Shown here piece by piece: positions 28,479 through 40,825 of a DNA stretch of 64,000 bases. The notes under the pieces are model-generated. The model was not told the DNA's origin. It saw nothing but the letters and a program-made list of their open reading frames with translations, and searched no databases. Numbering within the stretch: the stretch's first letter is position 1; each line of letters opens with the position of its first letter. This DNA is from Eledone cirrhosa (Eukaryota): NCBI GenBank assembly GCA_964016885.1, contig OZ024747.1, forward strand, positions 43,152,001-43,216,000, written 5' to 3'. The position numbers were made by a program, and so were the translations under genes.

Positions 28479-28517
<39 letters not shown>

Positions 28518-28578
28518 ATATATATATATATATATATATAGCATGGAAGATAGACATTAATCGATGATGATGATGATG

Positions 28579-28630
<52 letters not shown>

Positions 28631-28991
28631 TATATATATATATATATATAGCACTGTACTGTTCTTCTATGTTGCTTTTCCTTATTGACTCTTCATAAAG
28701 GAAAGATTCCTCTATATAAATATATCTTCTTCATTTGATGTCTGTTTTTCCATGCTGCCATGGGTTGGACAGGTCTCAGAGAATCTCCCCACCTGTCTTA
28801 GTCTTCATCATTTGGTATATACACCAGCAAAGAACAATGACAATTTTTGTGCATATACAAATGTACAAAAGAAGAATATAATATATACACATACATTTAT
28901 ATACACACTCTTACATTTACATATATAGGAATATATGTATGCATGTATATATATATGTACACACACACACACATATATATATGTGTGTGTG

Positions 28992-29335
28992 TCTTCCCAC
29001 CTACATTAGTGATCCCCTCTGGCTTCTTAATATTCTCTACCAGATACTTTGTCTTAATCTCATTCATTCTCAGCCCCACACTCATCGACACAGTCTCAAC
29101 CTCCTGCATCAAATCCTCTGCCTCCTTCACAGTGTATGTCGTCGGCAAATTCAGCATCCGATATCTTTTTTCGCCTTAACTCTTCTGCTCTGAGCCCTTG
29201 CATGGACTCACTGGAAGAGGAAGACCGAGGTTAACATATGTAGGAGATGCATGACATGGCAGCGATAATGAGGGACAGAGACCGCTGGAGAGAACTCGTC
29301 TATGGATCTCGGGAATTTTACCCGCCCTAGATAGA
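28992..29335. mobile_element. RTE LINE fragment with internal inversion
   Basis: A minus-strand RT piece (EAEDLMQEVETVSMSVGLRMNEIKTKY) is joined at ~29211 to a plus-strand 3' end (GRGRPRLTY...RDRDRWREL) with a TAGA tail. Confidence 0.7.
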
Positions 29336-29622
29336 TAAATAGATCTGTGTATGTGTTTGTGTGTGTGTGGGTGTGTGGGTGTGCAGATATGATTGCCCTA
29401 ACGAATAAACAAAACACTCCCAAAACATTGAAAACCTGCACTTGTATCTCCTGTTAAACCAACCCCCACCTGGAAACCCAATTCTGTATTCCCAACCATG
29501 GCCCACACCAGCCACCAAATGGGGAAGTGAGGAAGACACATGCTATGAAGTTGCAGCTGTCATATTATGTAGTTTCTGTATAATAAAACTATATATACAC
29601 ATACACACACATACACACAGAC

Positions 29623-29654
<32 letters not shown>

Positions 29655-29669
29655 GCATATATGAATATA

Positions 29670-29723
<54 letters not shown>

Positions 29724-30289
29724 AATATATATATATATATGTATATAGACATGTGTTCATATTCATGTATAATTATAGTATACATACACAGACAAAAACA
29801 CATATTAATGGCAATGTTTGTATTTGAGTATCTTTATTTGTGCTTATGTCCGTGTGTATATATACTAAGGCTAATATATATTTAGATCTGTGTGCATCTA
29901 TTTACAGCTAAGTAGCTGCAGGGGCTATTGAATGTTTAATGTCTCGTCCTTGTATCCAAGCATAACACTGGTGATGGAACACAAAATCTTGAACCTGCGG
30001 TCGATAATCCATCCTTTATCTACCCAGACAATCATGACACCCTTCCTTGTAACAATAGTTTAGTCTTATATGACTATAGAATTATGTCAGCTGAAAGCAA
30101 AGACATACCCCTAGCAGAGCAAAGATACTCACAGTAAAGATACATCACGTTTAACCCAGCATACATTCATAATTTATAAACTTAGATATTAACACAACCT
30201 TAACTGTTAACACTGTACCACATGAAACTATATCAGTAAGACATTCATACAAAGTACAAACCAGCATGATGACTGTCATCACCATTCTT

Positions 30290-31148
30290 ATCACTGTTTA
30301 TCGTCCATTTTCTCATGCTATCATGGGTTAGATGAGTTGTCCCATTGTGAAACAAGCCAGATCAGATAACTGGCTTGATTTCTACGGCTGGATGCCCTCC
30401 CTAATGCCAACCGCATTTACAGTGTGGACTGGGTGCTGTTTGTCGTGGCACCTACACAACCACATTACAGTGAGTGTGGACAGGGTGCTGTTTGTTGTGG
30501 CACCCACACAACCACTTTACAGTGTGGACAGGGTGTTTTTGTCGTGACACCCACACAACCACTTTACAGTGTGGACAGGGTGTTTTTGTCGTGACACCCA
30601 CACAACCATATTTACAGTGTAGACTGGGTGTTTTTGTCATGACACCCACGCAACCACATTACAATGTGGATTGGGTGCTGTTTGTCATGGCACCAAAACA
30701 ACCACATTACAGTGTGGACTGAGTGCTATTTGTCGTGACACCCACACAACCACTTTACAGTGTGGACTGGGTGCTGTTTGTCGTGACACCAACACAACCA
30801 CATTACAGTGTGGATTGAGTGCTGTTTGTCGTGACACCAACACAACCACTTAACAGTGTGGACTGGGTGCTGTTTGTCGTGGTACCAACACAACCACTTT
30901 ACAGTGTGGACTGAGTGCTGTTTGTCGTGACACCAACACAACCACTTTACAGTGTGGACTGAGTGCTGTTTGTCGTGACACCAAAACAACCACATTACAG
31001 TGTGGACTGGGTGCTGTTTGTCATGACACCAACACAACCACATTACAGTGTGGACTGGGTGTTTTTGTCATGACACCCACACAACCACTTTACAGTGTGG
31101 ACTGGGTGTTTTTGTCATGACACCCACACAACCACTTTACAGTGTGGA
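30290..31148 (-). repeat. RTE/SINE tail followed by ~15 tandem 47-48 bp units
   Basis: Tail at 30290-30415, then TTACAGTGTGGACTGGGTGCTGTTTGTCGTGACACCAACACAACCAC(A/T) repeated. Confidence 0.93.
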
Positions 31149-31477
31149 TTGGTGGTAGTAGTGCTGGCAAACTGGTTGATGGATTAAATCTATCACTTAG
31201 GTAAGCCACATTGGAATATGAACAGAAAATTGAAAGAGCCAGAACAAACACTACAATGTATGTCACCCTTTCTTCTAACAATTTCCCCCAACCCCTGCCC
31301 TGGACTGCTACTTTATTTTATCAATGTTGAAATATCACTGGAGTCAAATACCACCAACAACAACCATCAATATGATTTCTATTGCAGTTGCTGGAGCTGA
31401 TCAAAATAGCAGCCAAAATTCTCACAAGTCACACTCCTACTGGCAGGATAGGTGAACCTAGAGTATTATGAACCTAG

Positions 31478-31658
31478 GGCGGTGAATGGCAGTATAGGTA
31501 GAGGGGCGGACATGCTTTCCAACATAGTTACGTCCCTTTACAACCTGAGTTCAAATCCAGCCAAGGTTAACTTTGCCTTTCATCCTTACGGGGTCAATAA
31601 AATAAAGTACCAGTAATGTACTGGGTAATTGCTGGCCTTGTGTCTAAAATAGAAACAA
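31478..31658 (+). mobile_element. SINE family B with a 12-bp TSD
   Basis: TTATGAACCTAG occurs at 31466-31477 and 31659-31670. Confidence 0.82.
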
Positions 31659-32454
31659 TTATGAACCTAGAGTATCTGCTTAGTCAAGACTGACTTAGGG
31701 ATGAAACATAAACAACAACAACATACTATTAACCTAACCTCTGCAGAGAGCAAAGGTAACAAAATCTGCAAGAAATAGCAGCCAAATCTAGCTTCGATTC
31801 TATCCCTACCACCACCACCACCACCACCACCAACAACAGCAGTAACACTATAAAAATAGCTCAACCAGCCCATTCTGTAGTATCTTGGTACCTCTCTCAT
31901 CCCCACCACCAACACCACCACCACTACCATCAAACCTGCCTCTACCACCACCAACTGCCATCATCACTAACACCACTAACTACTACCACCATCACTATCA
32001 CCACTACTACCACCCCAACCACCACCACAACCATTACTACCACCCCAACTACCACCAACACCTCACCTCAACTCTATTTCTTCCTTCCCTGCCAACATAA
32101 CCACCTTTGACATCTCAAATTATTGCTGTACGAAATTTTTCTTCAATCAAGACATTTTTCTCCGTTTCGTTTCCCCTATTTTTTTTTTCTTTTGATTATT
32201 ATTATTATTATTATTATGATATTATATTCTGGTCATGTTGTTCAATGTCTTTTGTCATACCTAACAGTTATAGTATCAAAATTCTATTTTTTCTATCTGT
32301 TCAACCAACTTCCCATTCTATACATTGTAATTTCCTTTCAAATGCCAATTCATTATAAAATCTAATATCCTTTTCTACATTTCAGTTTTACTCAAACTAA
32401 AAACTTTCTTCTTCTTCTTCTTCTTCTCCTCCTCCTCCTCGGCCCACTTATTCA

Positions 32455-32720
32455 ACAATTTTGTACCACCCTGTACTGTTCTTAATGTTTTCCTTTATGT
32501 AAACCCTTGTGGTTAATAAAGAAATCATTATGTCCCTCGGAAGTCTCCCCCGTATTGGGGAATTTTTGATTGTTATTTTTTTGTTACATCCTCTGTTTTT
32601 GTTTTTTACACGCAGAAATGCCCATTTGTACCATCCTGTATTGTCCTGTACTGTCCTTAATGTCTACTCTACTTTATGTAAACCCTTGTGGTTAATAAAG
32701 AAATCATTATTATTATTATA
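32455..32720 (+). mobile_element. Two tandem Tx1-like 3'-UTR ends before (ATT)n
   Basis: TTTATGTAAACCCTTGTGGTTAATAAAGAAATCATTAT occurs twice and resembles the 3' end of the 6371 element (CCCTCGTGGCAAATAAACAGAAAT). Confidence 0.5.
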
Positions 32721-33035
32721 TATTTTATATATATTCCTTTTTCTTCCTCCTTGACTCTCTTTCTCGACATTTTATTTTATTTTTTTTGTGTGTTTTATTA
32801 TTTGTTATTTTATTTTATTTTTCACTTATTTAATGTCTGGCTTAATTTTCTGTTTATTTCCAGACACAATAAGTCAAAATGTAATTGATGTTTCATACCT
32901 CAAACACACACACACACACATGTAAACATTGTACAGAGACACACTAACACATTTATATATACACTACATAGAGACAAAGGCATGTAAAAGCTTATATGTA
33001 TAATTATATATGTATATGTAAGTATTCACACATAT

Positions 33036-33106
<71 letters not shown>

Positions 33107-33117
33107 TATATACACAT

Positions 33118-33500
33118 ATACGTATGGGTTATATCGAACATTAATAATAATGTTCGATTCGTTTGTAAGCAAACAGCCCAATTTCAAGCTGTGCCATGCT
33201 GGTAACCGATCGTCACCTGTTTGTTCAACACTGGCTCTGAGGAACAATCAACATGTTTCTGGGTAATGAGGCTACTCAGCCGCTGTGTACTTAAAAATAC
33301 TATATGTTTTCAACTGTTCAACAGACTGGCTGAGGTTTACAGTACTGATGAAGGGTAATGGCCCAGAAACATGTTGATTGTTCCTCAAAGCCAGTGTTGA
33401 ACAAACAGGTCAATTACCAGCACAGCACAGCTTCAAATTGGGCCATTTGTTTACAAACGAATTGAACATTATTATTAATGTTTGATATAACCCATACATA
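33118..33500. mobile_element. Inverted-repeat remnant (~140-bp arms) containing a hammerhead core
   Basis: Arms at 33118-33263 and 33362-33500; CTGATGA-A-GGG taatgg CCC-A-GAAACATGTT at 33345-33375. Confidence 0.75.
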
Positions 33501-33591
33501 TGTATATGTATATATGTGTGTGTGTAAGTATATATATATATGTATGTGTGTACGTGTGCATACTTACATTTATATATCAGCTGTGCTGGGG

Positions 33592-34012
33592 TGAGAAATA
33601 AAATTCTAATTTTATTTTTTTATGTATGTATATGTATTCATATGTCTATATATGTATATATATATATAACGAAGGAGTTGTGGTAAGGAATCAGATTGAC
33701 CATAACGCACCAGAGTACTCAATACTTAAGGTAGAAATATTGCGTCCAGAAATAGCCGTCGAAACGGCTTGAGCTCTGCCGTTGGGGGTCATACATTTTC
33801 CTATATATATATATATATATATACGGCAGAGCTCAAGCCGTTTCGACGGCTATTTCTGGATGCAAGTATTTCTACCGTAAGTATTGAGTACTCTGGTGCG
33901 TTATGGTCCATCTGATTCCTTACCACAACTCCTTCATTATATATATATACATATATAGACATATGAATACATATACATACATAAAAAAATAAAATTAGAA
34001 TTTTATTTCTCA
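33592..34012. repeat. Near-perfect inverted duplication (~190-bp arms)
   Basis: 33592-33782 is mirrored at 33823-34012, including the microsatellite and unique AT-rich flank. Confidence 0.92.
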
Positions 34013-34114
34013 GGGCATCCAGCAGTAGAAATCATGCCAGAATCAGTTCCCGTCCCACCCTTGCAAGCAGGGAAAAGCGGACGTAAAATGATGATGATGA
34101 TGATATGATGATAT

Positions 34115-34313
34115 ATATAGAAGAGCTTCTACAGGACTAGAACTGTTTCATTCGCGAGAAATCATCAGGATGCTCATCAGGGCTTCTTGATGATTTCTCA
34201 CGAATGAAACAGTTCTAGTCCTGTAGAAGCTCTTCTATATTAAAACTTTTATACTTTGCTATGTATTGAGTACCTTACTTACTGTGGTTACCTCCGATTC
34301 AACCCGGAATAAC
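34115..34313. mobile_element. Second copy of the 25466 palindromic element
   Basis: TTCTACAGGACTAGAACTGTTTCATTC...GAATGAAACAGTTCTAGTCCTGTAGAA plus a near-identical 3' extension. Confidence 0.75.
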
Positions 34314-34379
34314 TTATATATATATATATATAAAAGGCACATATATATAAAAGGCACAGAAACGAAGAAAGGAATCCCC

Positions 34380-34424
34380 AGTCACTGAAGAGGTCACAGA
34401 GTGTGTGACGAAAGGACTATGACT
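34380..34424 (+). ncRNA. Minimal type I hammerhead ribozyme motif, intact
   Basis: AGTCA-CTGAAGA-G-GTCAC agagtgt GTGAC-GAAA-G ga C-TA-TGACT. Stems I and II are perfect 5-bp helices; predicted cleavage after CUA (34419). Confidence 0.8.
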
Positions 34425-34791
34425 ATATATATAAACAACTATCTGGTTGTGGAACCAACGAACCAACCAGAAATTTATAATTTATAAGTTTGTAGATTTG
34501 TAAATTTATGAATTTATAAATATATAATAAATTGAAGTGAAAGCAACTGGTGCGTGTGTTTCTTATTGGCAACATGACCCTCCCAAAGTATAACAATATC
34601 GGTTTCAACACACGATTTCAGATAAAGAATCTTGCTAAACAAATTCAGAAACGAAATATATATATATACATATGTGTATATATATATATCTAAGATGGTC
34701 CACTGAATATGCTCATGCGTTTTTTTCTTCTCACTTTTTTTCCTCATTTTTCCCCTGTTCCTTCACCTCATCACTTTTTAGTTTCTATCTA

Positions 34792-34827
34792 TCTTCTAAT
34801 GAAGGACTAACGTCTGAAACGTTAAGA
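34792..34827 (+). ncRNA. Mutated hammerhead motif (core CTAATGA)
   Basis: Paralogue of 18767-18802 with shared downstream sequence; the conserved G5 is changed to A. Confidence 0.55.
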
Positions 34828-35317
34828 CTCTCTTCCTGCTATTTCAAGTGTTAAACTAATGTATTTCTTCCATGTACTGTGCCATTTCTCTTTACCTTTT
34901 ACATATATATATATATATATATATATATCAAGTAAGTATGTTTTGAAACAGTGAGCGAGTTTGAAATTAGAAAATATATATCTTTCACCGTATTTTTAAC
35001 TAAAGGAATTTTAGCTTGATAACAGGGTTTAGAACCCTCAGATAAATGGAAAAAGATGAGTATTGACATACATGGGAGTCGAACCCACATCTGTGGTTAT
35101 ATATAATATATAATATATACCTTTATGTTTCGGTTGGTTCACCAACTTGAGCATTCGATGTTTGTGGGTCTGCACACACACACAAACACACATATACATA
35201 TATATATATATATACACACACGTGCATATATATATATGTGTGTGTGTATATATATGTATATGTGCATATATATATATATATACACACACATGCATATATA
35301 TATATATATATATATAT

Positions 35318-35319
<2 letters not shown>

Positions 35320-35354
<35 letters not shown>

Positions 35355-35642
35355 CCGTTTAACGTCCGTGTTCCACGCTTGCATGGGTTTGGACGGGGGT
35401 AGTCCCACTTGAGGCAAGAGTGATTGTCTTGCTCGCATAGGACTGTCTGGCAGGTTTTCTACAGTTGGATGCCCTTCCTAACACCAACCACATTTACAGT
35501 GTGGGTCTGGGAGGTTTTTACCGTGTTGCCTACACGGCCACATTACAGCATGGACTGTGTGTTTTTTTGTCGTGACACCTACACGATCTCATTTGTTTCG
35601 GCCTGGATGGTGTGGCACCAACACAACTTTACATAGAACGGG
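35320..35642 (-). mobile_element. RTE LINE 3'-UTR copy
   Basis: Nearly identical to the reverse complement of 14955-15260. Confidence 0.88.
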
Positions 35643-35715
35643 ATATATATATATAATATATAGCTTTATGTTTCTGTTGGTTCACCAACTTGAGCATTCG
35701 ATGTGTGTGGGTCTG

Positions 35716-35781
<66 letters not shown>

Positions 35782-35863
35782 TGTGCATATATATATATAT
35801 GTATATGAGTGTTTGTGTGTGTGTGCAGACACACACATGTGCATATATATATATATGTGTGTG

Positions 35864-35901
<38 letters not shown>

Positions 35902-36444
35902 TACACGTGCATATATATATATATATATATTCACACACATGCATATATATATATATACACACACACATATATATATGCACATGTGTGTATATATATACAT
36001 CTTTCTATGTGGCTGTGTGATTGTGAATCTGTATGAGATAATTGTGACATATTTATATAAATGTATGCATATTAATTCATATTAAAATATATATATGCAT
36101 AGATAAATACCCAAATTATCACAATATAATACGTACGCACATATCTATATGCTTTCCTACCTTTATATATACACATACACAAACATATATGCATACTTAT
36201 GAACTTACACACACACATATAGATATATATATATGTGTGTTTTGATTGTTCTTAATTGTTCATGTGTCAGTGTGTGAGTGTGTGTGTATATATATAACCA
36301 AATAAAGAGATATAATGTATATACAGTGAGAGAAAGAGCCATATATCGCACAAGAAAGATGGTATGGTTCTAGATAAAGTCTATTGAGCTTGCTTATTGA
36401 GAAACACAAAATTCTAAATATATTTGATGTTTTGATTCATTATT

Positions 36445-36521
<77 letters not shown>

Positions 36522-38325
36522 ACATATGTATCTCTGTGTGTGTGTACATATTAATGTGTATATATGTGTATACATGTATCTCTGTGTGTGATTAGATATG
36601 CAATGTATGTGTCTCTATGAATGACTATACATCTATATTTATGCAAATAAAATTTATGAGTGCAAATGCACACGCCATTATATATGCTTACACTAATATA
36701 TGTACATATATTCATAAAGCTACAGATATACACACCTGTATTCAATTATATACATATATACAGGCATACATACATATATACATACGTACACTCACATAAT
36801 ATATAAATTCATATATAATCATAGACACATACATATATAAGTATTCAAGCAAAAATGCATATATGCATATATAATAACAAATTTTAATCAGAATTAAATA
36901 CATCAGCTTTGATTTATTATTAGTTTATTAACATTAACTTTATCACTTGTGTATTTCAGTATGTTATAGTTATAGATCTCTATATAATTGCCTTTTCGCA
37001 GCTCGTCTTTGAGAGAACTCTGCAGTACAGGGTCAAACAAGAACTAAGATCAACAATATTTTGAAAAGACCAAATACACCAGCATTTTCTGTTCTGAATC
37101 ACAGATGCTTATTATCCTGGGGGAGATTGCAAAAGACATGCATGCATGCTCCTGTATCTCCTGAGGGAGTTGTTGGGGTGCTGTATTGACATACGGTATT
37201 TCTAGGGCATTTTTTTAAAACCTGGCAGAGTCCATCTCTTCTCCAAGAGGCATATATTGCCAAATTTAATGAGGATGAAGAAGTGCCAAGCCATCGCAGT
37301 GGAAGAAAGCTGCAATAGATGACCAAAGAAGACCTGAACCTAAGAAATGGCAACCAAATCTCCCTCAAATAACATCTTACTGGTTTAAATGTGCTGACAC
37401 AGGGCTAAGAAGAAACAACAACAAATTGTTGACCTGAATTTCGGTAAGAAGTTCATTGAAACGTTCAACAGCTATCATCTGTATTTTCCAAAAGTTTTGA
37501 TTGGACGATATTATTAGAGTTATCTTCCTTGATTTTTGTTAGATTTTAATAACACTTAGAGACAAGTCTACTAGTTGCATGGACAATCTCAGTCAAATGA
37601 AGTTTTTCAGCTCTTTCTATTATATGTGTGATCTTACTGTATGTATATGTGTATATGTGCATATGTTTTAGTGAGAAATAAACTATAGAATGCCATAGAG
37701 ACAATAACAACATAACTGGGTGTAAATTATGTGAGATCCTACAGTATGTATAGCTCTGTGTAGTTTATGATAAGGTGACACAAACTATGGTAGGCCATAG
37801 ACACAATAACATCGTAACTGGGTGTAAATTAGAAAGAATTCACTAATTTGTTCATATAGTCTTGAGAAAAATCAATTAGTCTTACACCACTGATTGTGTT
37901 GCTGTCTAGATAATTTGATATTTGTGTGTGTGTATGTGCATGTGTTTCAGTTTGACCATGAGATACAGGGCTACATGCATCTATTAACTCTCCTCTCCTT
38001 CCTCTCGCCATTCTTACTACCTCCTCTTCATCTTCTGTCTTCCCTGAACTGATGAACATAACAACATTACCTAAGCTATTTTTAATAAATATATGTATGT
38101 TTGTGTGTGTATATATATATTTATGTATCTATCTATCTATCTATATATATATACATATATATTTATGCATCTATATATATATATATTTATCTATATATAT
38201 GTATATATACTTTACACACACACATATACTTATATATTATATATAATTTACACACACATATATACTTATGTATATATTTATGTATCTATCTATATATATA
38301 TATATAATTTACACACACACATATA

Positions 38326-38378
<53 letters not shown>

Positions 38379-38704
38379 GTATCTATCTATATATAATTTA
38401 TACACACACACACATATACTTATATATATATAATTTACATATATACTATTGTGTATTTGGTGCGATGCTTGCCAAAAGAATGTGCAGCAAATAAGCTTCT
38501 TGTTTTATGACTGGAATAATTTCAAAATTAGTTGCTATTAATATTATCATTATTATTGTTATTAATGCTTCATGGCATAGAGTTAAGGCTCTTTACGTTC
38601 TGAGTTCAAATCGACTTTCCCCTATCGATTGAATCGACTTTCCCCTCCCCTTCAAATTACTGGCCTTGTGCCTAAAGTAGAACACTTATTATTATCATTA
38701 TTTT

Positions 38705-39262
38705 TGACTATCGACCAACTCCATTGTGAAGATCACCCTGCCGCCTTCTTTTGGCCGAGAAGGGCAGCCAGTTTTCCTCTGTCTGGTGGGTGGTATTGAA
38801 AGAGGTTGTATAGTGGACCAGGTGAAAGGACTGAAGACAGACACCTTTCTCTTTGGCCAATCCCTTCTCAAATTTTTTCAAGTTTCACTTGGAAAAGTGA
38901 GTGAGGGTGGAGAGAGAAGTGCTGCCTCCCAGTAGATTCTCTAAAAGGTGGGTGAATGTGACAAGAATGGCCTATGTGAATGGGCCTACTCTGAGCATGC
39001 ACCTGTAGGCTGGTTAATTTGAAGACGAGAGGGATGTTCTTCCTGAGTGCCCTCAAAGTGTCGGGTGGTTCAGGATTTGTGGGGTAGCTCAGTCGCCCAT
39101 GGATGGTTATCCATCCTGTTGGGGAATTTTATTAAAATTTTTATTGCTAATTGTTTTGTTAATTTGTTTTTACTCAATGTTTTTTTTTTGTAAACCTCCA
39201 CAAGCATCATCTATTGTATTGTCCCCTATATGTCGGTCCTTGTAGCCAATAAATGAAGCAAT
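38705..39262 (+). mobile_element. Diverged Tx1-clade 3' fragment
   Basis: SIVKITLPPSFGREGQPVFLCLV...KGLKTDTFLFGQSL aligns with the ORF2 C-terminus (SIVTIKPPPPFKNEGEAVFLCVI...KGLRSDTFLSGQQL). Ends with AATAAA then (ATT)n. Confidence 0.85.
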
Positions 39263-39277
39263 TATTATTATTATTAA

Positions 39278-39495
39278 GGGCAGCGGATTGGCAGTATTGG
39301 TAGAGCCTCAGACACCATGCTTTGCAGCATAGAGTTATGGCCATTTACGTTCTGAGATGAAATCCCAACAAGGTTAGCTTTGCCTTTCATCCTTATGGGA
39401 TTAATAAAATAAAGTACCAGTAGTGCACTAGGGTCAGGTTAATTGACTTTCCCCTCCCTTCACATTGCTGGCCTTGTGCCTAAAGTAGAACAATT
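39278..39495 (+). mobile_element. SINE family B, full length
   Basis: Same head and central domain as 16243. Confidence 0.82.
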
Positions 39496-39614
39496 ATTAT
39501 TATTGTTGTTGATGTTGTTGTTACTTGTTTGTCTATATAATCATTTATTTATTCCTGCATAGCAACCTAACATAGTACTGTATGCTGCACCAGGAGCACC
39601 ACTGGCTGTGCATA

Positions 39615-40770
39615 CTTGTGGTGGTGTTGGTGGTGGTGATGTTGGTGGTGGTGGTGTTGGTGGTGGTGATGTTGGTGGTGGTGATGATGGTGGTGGTGAT
39701 GATGGTGGTGGTGATGATGGTGGTGGTGATGATGGTGGTGGTGATGATGGTGGTAGTGGTGATGTTGGTGGTGGTGGTGTTGGTAGTGGTGATGATGGTG
39801 GTAGCGGTGATGTTGGTGGTGGTGGTGTTGGTAGTGGTGATGATGATGGTGGTGGTGTTGGTAGTGGTGATGATGGTGGTGATGTTGGTAGTGGTGATGA
39901 TGGTGGTGGTGGTGATGTTGGTGGTGGTGATGATGGTAGTGGTGATGATGATGGTGGTGGTGTTGGTAGTGGTGATGATGGTGGTGATGTTGGTAGTGGT
40001 GATGATGGTGGTGGTGGTGATGTTGGTGGTGGTGATGATGGTAGTAGTGATGTTGGTGGTGTTGGTAGTGGTGATGATGGTGGTAGTGGTGATGGTGGTA
40101 GTGGTGATGGTGGTGGTGGTGATGATGGTGGTGGTGGTGATGGTGGTAGTGGTGATGTTGTTGGTGGTGATGTTGGTAGTGTTGATGATGGTGATGGTGG
40201 TGATGTTGTTGGTGGTGATGTTGGTGGTGGTGATGATGGTGGTGGTGGTGATGGTGGTGGTGGTGATGTTGGTGGTGGTGATGATGGTGGTGGTGATGTT
40301 GGTGGTGGTGATGATGGTAGTAGTGATGTTGGTGGTGTTGGTAGTGGTGATGATGGTGGTGGTGGTGATGGTGGTAGTGGTGATGTTGGTGGTGGTGATG
40401 ATGGTAGTGGTGATGTTGGTGGTGGTGGTGATGTTGGTGGTGGTGATGATGGTGGTGGTGGTGATGGTGGTGGTGGTGATGTTGGTGGTGGTGATGATGG
40501 TGGTGGTGATGATGGTAGTGGTGATGTTGGTGGTGATGATGATGATGGTGGTGGTGGTGGTGATGATGGTGGTGGTGGTGTTGGTAGTGGTGATGATGGT
40601 GGTAGTGGTGATGTTGGTGGTGGTGGTGGTGGTGATGATGGTGGTGGTGGTGATGATGGTAGTAGTTTTGTTGGTAGTGGTGGTACAGCTGCTGTTGCTT
40701 GTGACAGATTATCGAAGCAGCAACAACTGCAGCAGCAGTTGCTGTTGCTGATCCTGCTGTGGCTGTTGTT

Positions 40771-40823
<53 letters not shown>

Positions 40824-40825
40824 AG
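39615..40825. repeat. (GGT/GAT/GTT)n trinucleotide tract followed by (GTT)n
   Basis: Direct inspection; source of the poly-H, poly-V and poly-G ORFs. Confidence 0.92.

Noticed and set aside
37030-37400. Non-repetitive segment with a GGDCKRH..LLY (SWIM-like) peptide
   Set aside because: The frame is interrupted by stops and the match is too short. It may be an old DNA-transposon remnant and needs a tBLASTx/HMM search.
37425-37472. GAAACGTT hammerhead-like 3' half
   Set aside because: No intact CUGANGA core upstream.
37625-37830. Old ~104-bp tandem duplication
   Set aside because: Real but diverged and unremarkable.
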